Shown piece after piece: positions 13,960-28,589 of a stretch of 64,000 bases of DNA. Made by a program: the position numbers and the translations under genes. Within the stretch, counting starts at the first letter, position 1. Each line of letters begins with the position of its first letter. The notes beneath the pieces were generated by a model. That model saw only the letters and a list, made by a program, of their open reading frames with translations, ran no database searches and was not told the origin of the DNA. The stretch covers positions 112,222,001-112,286,000 of the forward strand of contig NW_024704742.1 in the NCBI RefSeq assembly GCF_018977255.1, in the 5' to 3' direction. Source of the DNA: Callorhinchus milii (lineage: Eukaryota).

Positions 13960-14420
13960 ACTGGCTCAATCTCACCTCTGAGTTAGAAGGTTGTGGATCC
14001 AAGCTCCAGTTCGGGACTTTAAGCTTGTATTTAGACTGACACTCCAAATGCACGGAATTGTTGGAGGTACTGTCCTTTGGATAAGACTTTAAATCAAGGC
14101 CTTCTCTGGCAAATTAGATCAAGCATTCCGGAACCTTGCTTGAAGGGAACTATATAAATGCAAGTTGTTGTTGACGTTAAAGATCTCATGACACTAGATG
14201 AAAAGAGAAGGTAGTTTCTCCCGATGCCCTGACCAACAGTTCCCTAAATAAAATTGGTCATTTACTTCATGTCTGTTTGTGGGACATTGCTGTGTGGGCA
14301 GGAATTTGAAATGGGAAAGTTTGCCTACAAAGTAGTCGCTGCATCGTAGAGTAAATCCTTTGAAATATTTGAGACATTTTGACAATGTAATAAAGCAGCA
14401 TATCAAATGTAAGGATTATT
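13960..14420 (+). mobile_element. Near full-length DeuSINE
   Basis: ctcacctctgagttagaaggttgtgg head, gttaaagatctcatgacact, tgtgggacattgctgtgtg, aaggattatta tail. Confidence 0.82.
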
Positions 14421-14421
14421 A

Positions 14422-14736
14422 TAGTCGAATTTGGTCATGACATGGTGGACCAGGCCCAGCATTATAACAGGGCATGCTATAATATTGGCCACCTGTTAGT
14501 GCTTCTGGCTCAACGCTGCTGGCATCACTTGCTGCATGCAGGAAACTGGCAATTGCTCTCTTGAGCATCTACAGCAATTGCTGGGACAAGGCGAGACACT
14601 GGGAGTTTTCTGTATTTTATGTGCTATGCACAGAAAGCCAACAAATCCGTGCTATAAACTGGCAGTGTACCTATCTGCAGCAAGTGTATGCTGTCAGTAC
14701 ACAGTGCTATAACATTCTTATAACAGGTTCCAACTG
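14422..14736. mobile_element. Degenerate Tigger/pogo-derived MITE
   Basis: Right end ttataacaggttccaactg|TA is a Tigger-like TIR; left end TA|tagtcgaa is weaker; subterminal gctataa repeats. Confidence 0.5.
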
Positions 14737-17700
14737 TAGTTAACTAGATCCAACTTTATAATGGTTTATTTTCCTGGTTTAGCAACTAGCTTTGATTTCC
14801 TTACAATGTCAAAAAATTCCCGTTTAACATTCTTATCCTGCAGTACTGTCAGTGTTGATTAATTAGTCTGTACTTGACTATGTTCTTTTAATGACGTTGC
14901 TTACGTTTGAGTAGTATAGTCATGAGTTTTTAATGATCAAGATTTTTTTAACAACATAACCAAATGGTTGGGGTTGTTCCACATTGCAGTAAACACATTT
15001 ATTGGAGCTTGTAAAGTTAGAACAATACTGTTCCTTGTTCATAGCTCAAGTCAGTGGTGGCTCAGCTTATGTCAATTATGCGAGCATAAATGCGGCACTT
15101 TTTAGAGCACAATATAATCACAAACCAATTGTGGATTTGGAACAATGACTAAATATATACGACTGAACTTCTCTTCCTCTGCTCCATTTTATGTTTGATT
15201 GGTTTACTGCCTGAAGATAGTTACTTGAATTGCAATAAAAGCATGCTTTCAAAGGAAATTGGTTTTTAGTACCAGTAATTTACTGAAAGTCTTAGTTAAC
15301 TACATTTTTAGGGGCACATAGTATTGCAAAGAGAACAGGATTCAACACAGTTTGCTGAGTCCAGCTGGGTGGCAGTTGAAGGAGCTCTATAAAGGTGCAA
15401 GTTCTAATTTAGCAAAACTATGGTTTCATTTCCAGTGCCTACTACTTGGTCATCTTTTCTTCTCTGTATGTTTCTTTTAGCTCTTTTTGGGGTACTTTAG
15501 ATTTGTGATCCTTGACTGATCATTGAGGCCTTCAGTCTCTTTCTTTATTCAATATTCAACAATCGTGTTCCATATTACATTCTATGAGTGTGCCCATTCC
15601 CTTCCTTCATATCCAACAAGAAGAAGTACAAAGGTGAACCAGAAGACCTATAAAAAAGGTGAATTGGAGATAAGTTATCAGTCTCAGTGGTCCAACAGTC
15701 TGTTCAGTTTGTCCAATTCTGATCCTTATCCTTTCTGAATAGGATAATATTGTGGAATCTAATAACAACAATTTCAAACAGAATTCTTTAATAAGGTCTT
15801 GCAAATGGGTAAGCTGCTCTGATGTGATCTACTTGTAGAGTCATTTCTGCTATACAGTATGACATATGTCTGATTACAGAAGGGGTTCGCCCCCTTTATG
15901 ATCATAGAGTTATTAAGCAATCCTAAAAAAAAGTATTTTAGACCCATTATACAACATCCATCTGGAATATTGTTACAAAGGTCTAGATTTTTAAACAAGA
16001 AGATTTTTAAAATCAAATATTTCAGTAAAATGACATGTTACCATTCTAAATGCGTAGAGTCCATAGAAATGGAAAAGATCTGCAATGAGACTGTTGTAAA
16101 ATTAAATGAGTTTTCATTACCATTAAGTGTCTGAAAGTTAAATTGGTTAAATTGCATTTTGTATAATTTGTACATCTGGACATTGTCCAGATAGGCAAGA
16201 AAGTATATCTACATTTTGCAATTTCACCTTTTTATTAATGGTTACATGTGGGTGCTGTGCTGTTGGGGATTAAATTTGGGGAAACTGAATATCTAATAGA
16301 CGTTTGAGGGAATATGTTCCAGGCTATAACTTATTCTCATATATTGCTCCCTTGAATTGCATGAATCTGTGACATTCTTACAGAACAGTGACCTATTTTA
16401 TCCTGTTATGGACAGAGATGTGGGTTCTAATTAAAGTTTCAATCTGTGTTCTTGTGTGGTTTAAGATGTTATTAGCACTCCCTTGATTTAATTACCCTCT
16501 TATAACTCTCTCCATCAGAGTCATTATTCCATGTATTTGTTTTTTGTAAAAGTGCTTGTTTATGAGCTAAATCTGAAGGCAGTAGACAAGCAATCTGTCT
16601 TTGGTGATGTAATCTTCCTCAGACAACTCTCACAAGGGGAATCTTCCTCCCCAGATTCAATGTTGCAGTAGGATTCTTTCCACTTGAATTGAACAATGTT
16701 TACAATACTTGGTAGAGAGCATTTCTAAAAAAAAAGATTCTGCAAAGTAAGATAACATTATTCTTTTAGCATTAGTACATAGTAAATATTGGACATTTTC
16801 CATTTATGGAAGCGTTTCACCTTTCTTAAGTTGTTATGAATGATTCAAACTGACTTTCCAGTTGAATACTGATTCGGTGTTTTGCGTAGAAGGGTGAAAC
16901 TGTTGATTCCTAACTAGAATCACTTGTCCTGCAGCAGAGATCTTAGTTCTGTCCGAGAACATTGCATCAGAAGTTGATCTGGACCACATTTGTGAGTGAA
17001 ACATGTAAATCATATTTATTACTTCCACCCAGCTGAAAAGCCATTAATCAATCCAGCCTCTCAGCTCCAAAATAGAGAGTAGAAAGTTGGGAAAAGAACC
17101 AAATGGGCTAACATTTTCTTTCACAAATATACGGTCAATTTACTTTACAGCATATTCTGTGAAGTGCTAGAAGACGTGAAAAGCGCTACGTCAAATACAA
17201 GGATTATTATTATTATTAAAGGCGATTAAAAAAGGCATTAAATACAATAAGTCATAGAAGATAAATAAGCTTTTTTTTAAAAAGAGAGAAAAATGGAAGA
17301 CTGGAAGCAGATGGAAAGAATAGTGTTTTTTCCTAAATTTTGATTTAGAATACAATAGTTTTTTCTGATATTTATGTAACTTTATTGGTTTCAAAGGTGT
17401 ATGAAATTAAACCTCTTGTGAAAGAAATGTATTACTCTCAGTTACTTGGAATTAATCTGGAGCTTCCAGCAATCTGAGGGTTAATTCTTTTCAATCACTA
17501 TTTCAGCCACTTTGGCATAGAATTTCATAGCAAGTTATGCCTTAGTTAACAGCGAACGGTACGCTCCAGAGTGAAAAACCTATCCCAGCTTGAAAAATAA
17601 ATATTACATTGATCCAATGCTAATGGCACATTTGAATTCCTTATTGGCTCGAATATATTGGTTATCAACATATATCTCATGGCAACAGGCAAATGTTTAA

Positions 17701-18397
17701 ACCGCATGAATTAAACCTTTCAATATACTGTAGTTGCAATCTGTAGAGATTGAGTATTTATTTTATAATCCAGAAAATCAGAATGGCATTGATAATAAAT
17801 GGGGTTGGAGGCTACAATCAATGAAGTACCAGTTTCTTGATGTGGAATATGTTGTGCAGAAGAAATGGCATTCAGTAATTTTTGTGGGGTTTTTTGCACT
17901 CCAAAAAGCAAAGATTCTATTGTTGAATTTGATTCCAAGAATTTAATACGAATGAAATGCTATGGGGTTTCATAAGATATTGTGCATTGATTCTGTGTTT
18001 TTTGTTCCATTGGCGTTTTGAAAATAAAACACTGTTTAAAAATTCAAAGTGAATTTCTTACACTGGAGTTGAATATATGCTTTAATCACTGGAAAGGCAC
18101 CACAAAACTGTTCACCAGGGAATCCCCTTGTTATGATCTCATCTCTTAGTCCGATGTAGACTGATGCACTGACGTAGCCTGCTAGTTATGCTTGACTCAC
18201 AAGCCTCCTACTTACATCTACTTCCCTGCAAATGAAGTCTGAATATTGAGAATTTGTCTCTTTTGGGAACCAGGATATGCTTGGTTAGTCTTCGTAAGAA
18301 CCCAGAAATCAGCAGACAAATAGTGGTTCATAGCAGATCTTAATTTTGCAGGCAAAAATGTGGATATGACAAACAAAACATAAAACTAACAACTATA

Positions 18398-18570
18398 CAT
18401 AAGAACATAAGAAATAGGAGCAGGAGTAGGCCATTTGGCCCCTCAAGCCTGCCCTGCCATTCAATAAAATCATGGCTGATCTTCTAACCTAATTCCATTT
18501 ACCTGCCCTATCCCCATATCTCTTAATCCCTTTAGTTTTTAAAAATCTATCGATCTCAGTCTTGAATATG
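18398..18570 (-). mobile_element. CR1 LINE 3' UTR fragment
   Basis: cataagaacataagaaataggagcaggagtaggccatt CR1-type terminus. Confidence 0.8.
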
Positions 18571-19450
18571 ATTAGTGAGCATTCAGTCTTCTGGGTAAAT
18601 ATATATAGTATAATGTATAGTAGTTCTAACTTGAACAAGTCACCTTGTTTTCTTAGATGGTAATAAACAGCTCCTGCTGTTCCAAGCTGGAGTTCAACAT
18701 CCCAGGCTTTCCCACAGACCATGTTCCACAGGAAACTGAATTGTGTGCTCAAGGAGTTAGGTTTTCATTGTTTTTGTGTTATTTGTTGCACTCGAGGAGC
18801 TCCAAAGAGGGTATTTTTTAATACAATAACATTGAAACTAATTAACAGATTCACATTTATTCCAACTGGTAATCGAGCTAATATAAATATTTAATCATTA
18901 AAGCACTTTGTAGAAGTAGGAAATTCTCATACAGGACAGAGGCAAACCAAACCAACTACTTTTATCAATACATCGAGGGGCATTACATGAACTTGGATTA
19001 AACGAAGAGAACAATCTAATTTTGTTTAGAAAGGCTGGAGCACAGATAACAATTAGTATTGACAGTGTATACTAATTATCTAGTGCATGGATCAACGAAT
19101 GCTTGACTCATTTCTTATTACAACCTCCAGTTCACAGATAGATACATACACAAACCCACATACCATTTGAGTTTGTGACTCTTCCTGTAACATCACAGTA
19201 ACTCACAAGACTTGATTCTGAAGTGTGGGGGCTGAGGTCTCATGAGTGGGAGGTATAAGGGTTTCTTAAAGAAAGCACAGTTTACATTACAAAATGTGTT
19301 TTCCAGCAATTGCCTCATTCAAGCAAACTTTTGCTTCCAATATGAACTGTCCCAGACATTTTATTTTTATTAAGCAAGATTTTGTAGCTGCATTCAAATT
19401 GTTATATTTAGCATTTACAGACTTAACTGTGTGATACTGCATTTCTTTAA

Positions 19451-19636
<186 letters not shown>

Positions 19637-20024
19637 TAATTCTGCATTGTTTTTCATCTCTACACCATAGACAGTTTTACCTTAACTCTGACTTCATGAC
19701 CACTCTGTGTGGAATATTTCATATCCAACCATTGCATAATTACCCATTAAAATTACCTGCCTCAGCTTTGTAACTTCACATGAACAGTGCCATATATACA
19801 ACAATAAGTAATATTAAATTGTTATTTTATTCATTGATTTAACTAAATTCATTTTTAGCTTTGTGGTTTGCTATCAGCATGCTTATGCTGCCCTTTGTTT
19901 AGTGATTTGCTATATTTTCACTTCATTTTGGTCCATCCTGAGTTGTCAATGTGGTTTACACACAGTGCTTCAAAAATAAATGCCTGAGTTAGAAAGTATT
20001 TGGTAACGTTACTCAGCTGGTGCA

Positions 20025-20353
20025 GCAAAGGACAGCTAGGACCACCCTCCCCATTAGGGCTTGCAGGGTTAACAGGAGCTAAGTGGGATGACTCCCTGCC
20101 TTCAATGACTGGTCTGCCCTTCCAGGTCCCCGCTGATGAGCCAGGCTGACTGTGCTGTCATCAGCAAGGCCCTGGAATACTGCGGAATCACTTGGCTCAG
20201 GAACCAGACTACTGAGACTGCCACAGAGGGCTCGATTCCGACATTCCATTGCCAGGCATGTCACCTTGGAGACAGTTCAGCTCCAAGGAGACCTCACTAA
20301 CGCTCCCCCACCGAGTCACTAGTTCGATATCTGACAAGTGTGGGTTTGAGCCC
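20025..20353 (-). repeat. Unclassified dispersed repeat family X, copy 2 (5' part)
   Basis: Reverse complement aligns to 37010-37250 (ctccaaggtg, ccctctgtggcagtctcagt, gctgatgacagcacag). Confidence 0.78.
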
Positions 20354-20957
20354 TCATTAGGTGGATGGTAAAAGAAGGATAGAGGCTCGAAGGTATACGG
20401 GGATAAGGCAGATCAATGGAATTGAATGAACAACTTGCGCTGAAAGTCAGTGAAAACTCGATCCAAATGGTCCAAATAGCCTTTCTGCGCTGTAAGTTTC
20501 TATGATTCTAAGAAGGTGTACTAAATGGGTGGAATGGCATGCATTGTTGGCCGTTGGCATATATGGTCTTCCACAGGAATCCTTTTGGAGCTGCTCACTG
20601 TTTGAATGAAATATTTCCAAGTTGGTAGGGGAGAGAGAAGAAATGTCAATTACAAATATGTGTTTAAGAACAGTTTTTTAAAAAAAAAGAAAACTAATGA
20701 AGATTAAAAGTGCAGTATATTTTCCCGTTTGTTTTCTTTGAATTTATCGCGTGGTCATTTGCCACTGTAGACAGATCATCTGACTTTAGAATTTCTTTTT
20801 GATAAGTTTCAATGTACTTCTAAGGTTTGTTGTGTTTTATCTGAAATTCTGAATTCGATGAACTGCTTGGACACACCCATCAACAGATTTATATACCACT
20901 GGCAGCCATAGCATATTTCACCAAACTAATAAATGCAGCTATTGATGTAGGTCCAAT

Positions 20958-21395
20958 AAACAACAACAACAAATTTACATTTGTATAGCGTCTTTCACGT
21001 CAGGAGGATGTCCCAAGGCGCTGGACAGACAGAGTTACGGACCCGAGCTGAGGGTCGGGGTGGGGGTGTGGGGAGGGCAGGGGGAGAAGCAGGGAGATTG
21101 AAAGTACAGTTGAAGAGGAGGGTTTTGAAGTGGGTCTTGAAGGTGGCGACGGAGGGGGTGAGACGGAGGGATTGCGGGATGAAGTTCCAGAGGGTGAGTG
21201 CAGAGTGACGGAAGGCCCGCCTGCCGATAGTGGGGCGAACAAGGTGGGGGACGTGAAGCAGGCCGGAGCCCGCTGAGCGGAGGGAACAAACAGGGTGGTA
21301 GGGGGTTAGGAAGTCGGAGAGGTAGGGGGGAGCAAGACCATGGAGGGCTTTGAAGGTGAGGACCAGCATCTTGAACTGTATCCTCTGTGTGATGT
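20958..21395 (-). mobile_element. L2 LINE 3' fragment
   Basis: LVLTFKALHGLAPPYLSDFL...RAFRHSALTLWN...FKTHFKTLLF; (caa)n tail. Confidence 0.9.
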
Positions 21396-21677
21396 TAATA
21401 AAGATAAATAGTGATAAAAAGTTGAATTCTACACTTTATGTTTTTAGAATTCGATTGATATCAGATTTTGCGAAATTTTTGCTGACATTTAAACAGAGTT
21501 TTNAAAAAAAGATTGTTTAAAAGAAAGGCATTTCTCAATTTAGCCCTTTGTCACCTTTTAGTGTGCTTACAGACAACGTGCGTATCTATATTGTGCTGTG
21601 GATATGTCTGAGCTACTGATAATGCTGTCAGTTAACTTGCATATCATTTTGTCTTCCTTTTACCCTCCAATATTTAG

Positions 21678-21738
21678 GGTTTGCAAACTTTTCTGATAGT
21701 GCTTTGCAATTTCTTGAAAAACAAGGCCTGGAATCCAA
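21678..21738 (+). CDS. TMEM161B: TMEM161B coding exon (~exon 7), GFANFSDSALQFLEKQGLES
   Basis: tatttag acceptor, AA|gtaagt donor, 61 bp, phase 1-2. Confidence 0.94.
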
Positions 21739-22477
21739 GTAAGTTTATTAACTATTACATTTTACTAACTGTTAAAATACAGGTACAGTATAATGACCAA
21801 TCTTTTGCTCCAGTTCTAGAGAAAAAATACAAGTTATAAAATAATCGACTCTTAGTGTGTTTTTTGGATGAAAAATGTATATTTATTATCATCTAATGTA
21901 TTTGTGGTGTTTTATACCATATAAATATTTCAAACTACTTAATGCCACATAATACATTTCCTATTGTAAATGTTTAGACAGAGTGGAATTTGAGGTATTG
22001 GGTTAAGTAGTAATAATAATTATCTTTGCATTTGATCTAGAAGTAGGTTATCCATTTCATGCTATGACTCCCTTTCAAGGTACCTTTCTGAATAACATAG
22101 AGACTTCCTAAGAGGACAAGAAGGCAGACAAACTGTGACAAACCTAAGTAGAGTTTAATTCATCCAATTGGTAGTAAATATCAAGGAGCAATTCAGATTA
22201 ACCAATCTGTTCAAACCTCAAATTGGCTTTGCTGAAACAGGAAATTTGTACCTTGTGTGGAAAATTGTGAATGCAAATGTGTGTTTTGATTCATTCTGTC
22301 ATTGTACATTGAGCCACCTTATTAATAGCAATAAATTTTAGATGAGTCTCCAATAGTTCAACATTTTTCTTTGAATAACCAGCAGATCTTCATGTAAGCA
22401 TATTAGTTTTTATATGGATGTTCTTTTTGATATTAATGTTAAAAAATTAGCATTACTTTTGCTGACCACAAGAATGA

Positions 22478-22645
<168 letters not shown>

Positions 22646-23454
22646 TAAGTAACTATTTTGGAAAGACTAATAATAGAACTGCATGCTTGTCATATATTTA
22701 CAAATGGAGCTGGTCCACTGATAAACATACTACAAGCATACAGTTCTGTTATCCCATCTGTTTCTGTAGACATGTTGATTTTGTTTTAACAATCTAAGCA
22801 AAATGAAATCTACAATTGAATGATTTAGACTCCATAATACATCCCAGTATAATACATAGCTGAAGTCACTGAAGCGCAATAAATTGATGGAGAATGGGCA
22901 AGATTTTTGAGGGAGGAGGAAATACTGTTTAATAATGCATCACACAGCCCAATGGGTTCCAGCTCCCTGCTTTTTTTTAAAAAAAGAAATCCCTTGTCAC
23001 TTCTTAATTGTTGGTATTTATGAAGCAGTATTGAAATGCCGCTCCCTCGGTCAAGAGCAATGTTTATTTGCCTTTGATTAATATCCTCAAACATCTGACC
23101 CTTCCTCCTTACCTCCCTACTTGGTGATCCTTAATTCCTTTGTAAAGCACTTTAACACATTGTCTTTTGTGAAAGAAGCTATAGAGGTACAAGTTGTTGA
23201 TGTGTTTTAACAGCATGTTCTGAGCATGTGACAATTGTCACCAGTGATAGTTATATCACCCAAGTTGCATTCCCTCTCCCCACCGCCTTTGTTTCAGAAT
23301 AGTAATACCTTAATGGTATTTTTTGTATACGCTTAACAGGTTACTGGTATCTTTAAATTAAAGATACATATGTAACAGATACAGTTAAGAAGCAATACAA
23401 ACATACCCTTCCATAAAACTATATTTAGAAATCAAATTGCCATGAGTACTGTAG

Positions 23455-23619
<165 letters not shown>

Positions 23620-25384
23620 TGAGTATGTCTATTTGATCTGTTTTCGAGGAACCTGCTTGTACAATATTGAATTTACCTGCATTTCAAATTAACGTGGGAT
23701 CGTACTGTAGTTTCTCCTGTACCTTGGTGTGGTTAATTGGGATGGGAGTTGTAGGGCAGTATTAATTACCAATCCAGATTCTCCGATTGTTTTTCTTCCT
23801 AACAGAAAACCACAGGAGTTTTGACATTCAGGATTTAAGGCCCTTTGATCCAAATCTCCCAATCTGTAGTTTAGCCAGGATTTGGTATTCAGATGTGTGA
23901 GTAATGACTTAAGGCTATCAGCATGGGTAACTGCACACTGGTTATGTTGGAATTTTACCTGCATATTTGCATCCATAGTATAAATTCATTTAATATTCTT
24001 CCACTTAAGTATAGAGGCAACCAATCCAATCTCAGTCAACTGTGCAAGTTAGAATTTACACAACAGGAAATACTGACCTGTACTGTTTCAAGAACATTTT
24101 ATGTTGATGTATTTTAACCTATTGCTTTATATTTAAATTAAACCAAGTATATTTATTCAGCATGCAAAGTTATTTTCATTATATTCTTAAGGTAAACATT
24201 CAAAATACTTTTTAACCAATGCATGGCATGATATTGCCAATGTAAAGACCTTGTAATTCCACTAAGAAATAAATAAGGATGATATTTTGTGGAAGGTAGG
24301 AAATGGCAGATAAGCCAATTTTTTTTACACCAGTCTTCAGAAAGAAAGATTATGCACAGATTTATAACTCAATCAGTTTGTGCTTAGACTCAGTAATGTA
24401 TGAAGGTGAATAAGTTCAGAGCATTGCATATTTATACAGCACCTGATCCTAATAGCATGCATGACAATATCAACAGGGAAGTGAGTGCAGAAATAGATGA
24501 GGCTGTGGTATTATTAGTTTCATAAATGCAGAGATGATACCTAAATGCTGGAGAAGTGAATTATGGATTGGATAATTATTGATCACTAGTTTAATATCAA
24601 GAGTGGGAAAATTGTAGGACATTATCAATATTTCATAAAACAGCACAGACCATAAGGAATAGGCACCATTTTCATACCTTGAAGTTCCACAAGCTTTAGA
24701 GGAGCAAACTAAATTAATAGCTATGGGGATTATCTGTCTGATATAATTGTTAACTACAGAAAGTAAAAGAAACCTGCATCAGTCAAAATGTGAACACCAG
24801 CACCCTCAGGCCTGCACTTGAATGTTCAGATGGCATTTGATAAAAGTATTCCTGTGAGCCTATCAAACAAAATTAAGGCCCATGGGATTGATGGTAAATT
24901 AGCAAAATTGTGGATTAGAAAGTGGATGCAGATGATCTAGCTCTGTCAAGAAGAGGTGGCAGAGACTAATATTGTACCATGGGAGTTAGTTTTAAGTACT
25001 TTGCCTTTTACACTGTTCAGAAATGATATGGAAGAGAGTACTTCAGTTGTGCTATCAATTCTAAAATTTGCCGAATGACATCAAGCTATGTGTAGGGCAA
25101 AATAGATTGTTTGCATCAAAAAGAATCGGGACAAGTTTAAGTGGATCAATTAAGCAGTGGGAGTTGAATTTAATTTGGAGATGTATTAAGTTAATGTATA
25201 TTGATACAAAAAATGCAATATGTGCACAATGTGGGTGTCTGTTCAAAAAGATGCAAGTGATGAAAGGTTTTGTGTTGCCAAATATTTCCCCTCCATATGA
25301 GGTAGTTATCAACAGGATGAACTTTTGGAAGTAGGGAGAAAGTAAGCAGGTTCTCTTTGGGGCTGAGTTGGTTCCAAGATAATG

Positions 25385-25986
25385 TACATCTGGCAGACTT
25401 GGTAGTTTCATTACTAAGCCAGGCCTGTCTGAGGTACTCTAAGGCACTGCTGATGACAGACTAGGCAGCCTAGCGAATTGGCAAGATTTGGAGGGGCAAT
25501 TTGAGGTAGGGATTCTTCCCTTCAGCTCCTGTTAATCATGCAAGCTAAAGCTCTAATGGATAAGTGGTATTAGCTGGACAAGAAGTAATAAGCTTGCTAA
25601 ACCAGCTCACAATTACAAGCTAAGTGGTTTTAGCTGGATATGCTCCAGCTGTATTCCCAATGTACACTCTGGGGTCCTTAATTATTGGTTTTCGTCAACC
25701 TGCAGGTAATACATTTACGTATCAAATACAAGTACATCCTGGGAAGGACTTTGAGATGTCCTGATGTGAATGGTACTACATCAAATGCAAGAATGTTATT
25801 AATATTTTCCAGAATCAGACAAATAGGGTGCCTATCTCTGTGGAGAGAATATACATTCCATTTCCAGCTGCACGGAAACTTCCATAAATAGGTGGCATAC
25901 ATACGTGAACTGTGTCTGGTTTGCTTACTCTTAAGCACAGTAATAATTTTCACAAGTGTTAAGATACCTGGCTAACCAAAAAAAAA
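25385..25986 (+). repeat. Unclassified dispersed repeat family X, copy 3 (SINE/L2 tail inserted ~25720-25800)
   Basis: ctgctgatgacag, cagctcctgttaa, ttttagctggata, ends ctaaccaaaaaaaaa. Confidence 0.78.
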
Positions 25987-25989
25987 GTA

Positions 25990-26781
25990 CAGTAGAAACC
26001 CGGTTTGCGGTCACCTCAGTAATCCAGACACCTCACAATTGTGGGCACATTTTCAGTCTCTTTCATTGTCAATGTTAAAAGATAGGCTGTCGGCTTCAGT
26101 AAACCGGGCACCTCACTATTCAGGACAATGGTCATTGACTGCGGCCGCTACAGCACCATCCTCCGCTTCAAACGCGGTACAAACACCCCCCTCCACTACT
26201 AACCTGTACAGTACACAGTGCGCTAGGCCTCGGGCTTCTTGCCCTGTTTCCTCGACGCTGCTGCTGTGGGCAGAGTGAGCTCCGGGTTGGGCATGTGCAG
26301 CGCAGGGAGTGTTGGGATAGCGGAAGCAGCGCGAGTGGCAAGTTGACTTCGCCCGGCGCCTGCAGCCTAACCTGAGCTCCTGCGGCCAATTCTTGGTAAG
26401 TGCTGTAAAAGTGCCACATGGAAAGAGTTGTCATTACATGAGATCGTGGACTTAATCAAACACAGTAAGGGCAAAAGTCATAGACAGTTAGCTGTGAGCT
26501 ATGGCATTGGCAGAACACAAGTTATCTTCAAAAGGAAGGCTGAATTCTCAAAAGGAAGGCTGAATATATGACAGCTTTTGTTTTAAGCGTGACAATGCCT
26601 TTATTTTAATGAGATTGCAAACTATGGTTGTTGAATGTTCATCACCTTCGCCCATTACCAATGCCCTTAACATTACATCAGTGACCTGAATCACCTGATC
26701 TGTTTCAGTAAACAGGTCACCTCACTAAGTAGGTCACTTTTGCCTAGTCACTTGTGTGACCGGATTAGTGAAGTTCTACTG
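25990..26781 (+). mobile_element. Non-autonomous Tigger/pogo (Tc1-mariner) DNA transposon
   Basis: TA duplications at 25988-25989 and 26782-26783; imperfect TIRs CAGTAGAA...GGTCAC / GTGACC...TTCTACTG; subterminal ggtcacctca repeats; HTH remnant QLAVSYGIGRTQV..KRKAEY near 26485-26570. Confidence 0.85.
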
Positions 26782-27261
26782 TACCTTGAAGAGAGTTCAA
26801 AGAATCAACTCTGGTGATTCTGATACAGTAGTTGTGAAGAGAGATTCAAAAAATGTAACATCTTTGTAGAGAAAACCACACTAGAACAGGATAAGATTCA
26901 CATGTTTGAAACAATTGGAATTGCATCTAGAGTAAATGAAGAAAAACTAAATTCAACACGTGGCAAATTGTAAGGCGGACTAAAAATGGGAAGACTTGTT
27001 CCCCTCTCACAAGCTTGTACATTTATTTTAATACAGTCAGCAAAATCAGTTAATTCTGTATCAATTAACTTCTTTGTAGGAGCTGGGTGAATATTAGGTT
27101 AAGAATGTGATTAAGATATAGCAATAAGTATAAGCAGAGATAATAGGATACTCTAAATTTCAAAGATCATTTTAGCAGCAGTCTGATTTGAGTGACAGTT
27201 GAGTTGAAAGGTTGTGATTTTTTTTAATTAAAAAGAATCCAATAAAAACATGGATTACTAA

Positions 27262-27456
<195 letters not shown>

Positions 27457-28269
27457 TAAGAAAGGAAATGTAGTGCTGGTGACTGCAGAATATTAAGATG
27501 AGGGGGAAAGCCAGAAATTGTGTAAACCAATGAGATGTGAGAATAAAATAAAGCATGTTCATACCATTACTGGGGATAGATAGAGGATAATGATTTTGAG
27601 ACATTTGAGATGGGGAGGAAGTGGACATATTAGTACTGCATAAGTATTGTTTAGCTCGGGTATCAGTTATGTTTGGTTCATTTACAATAATTTTTGCCTC
27701 TGGGTCAAGATTGTGGTACAAGTTCTGCTTCAGGTATGGAACTCATATTCCAGAGGAGTACTGGGGAGCGCTGTATTCTCAGAGGTTCAATTTTTTGAAT
27801 AAAACTTTTGAACTGCCTGGGCATTAAATGATCAAAAAGAAAATAGTATTTTTCATTATGTCAAGGAGGCTAGTTAATAGCCTGGTTGTGCAGAGTAGCT
27901 GTCTCTTACTTACCAAAAAACATCTTGACAATAAAGTGCTTTGAGAATATCCCAACTTCAGTTGCAGTCAGTCAGCAAACCTAATGGTGGGAGGACATTG
28001 GGAAAATGACCATGTTTTCAGTATTTTCAAATTCAATTTTAGTTCTGTAACAATTTCCAATAATGAGAGGTAAATTTAACACATATTCGTGTTGTACAAG
28101 CATTTAAAATAAGCAAATGGAAGTGGATAATATTTTAATATATACTGATTAGTGGGAAGAGTAGGAAATTAAATATGTGAATAACAATATGTTTAACTTA
28201 CCCAGTTTTGTTAGATATTCTTTAGAAAGTCTTAAACTTTGTTTTTAATTAAAAAGGCACATCAAGTAA

Positions 28270-28413
<144 letters not shown>

Positions 28414-28589
28414 TAATGAAACTTGGTTGTCCATAGCTGGTTTTGGCGCTTTAATATTCTTATGATGACTAGAAGCTTGATAGCTAACTCAACCATTGAT
28501 GGAAATAATAAAATTGGCACACATAGACCTTCCTACCTGTTGCTTATAATAATCCTTGGATACACAGGGTGGCAGGACAAGCTGATAGA

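Larger units (their letters stand above)
24830..27150 (+). mobile_element. Old CR1 RT fragment split by later insertions (24830-25330 and 26784-27150)
   Basis: gcatttgataaaagt, aaatttgccgaatgacatcaagct (KFADD-like), later ttgaagagagttcaaaga (LERVQR-like). Confidence 0.65.

Noticed and set aside
17734..17946. Protein-looking ORF inside the U12 intron
   Set aside because: No recognisable homology, weak splice signals, length expected by chance.
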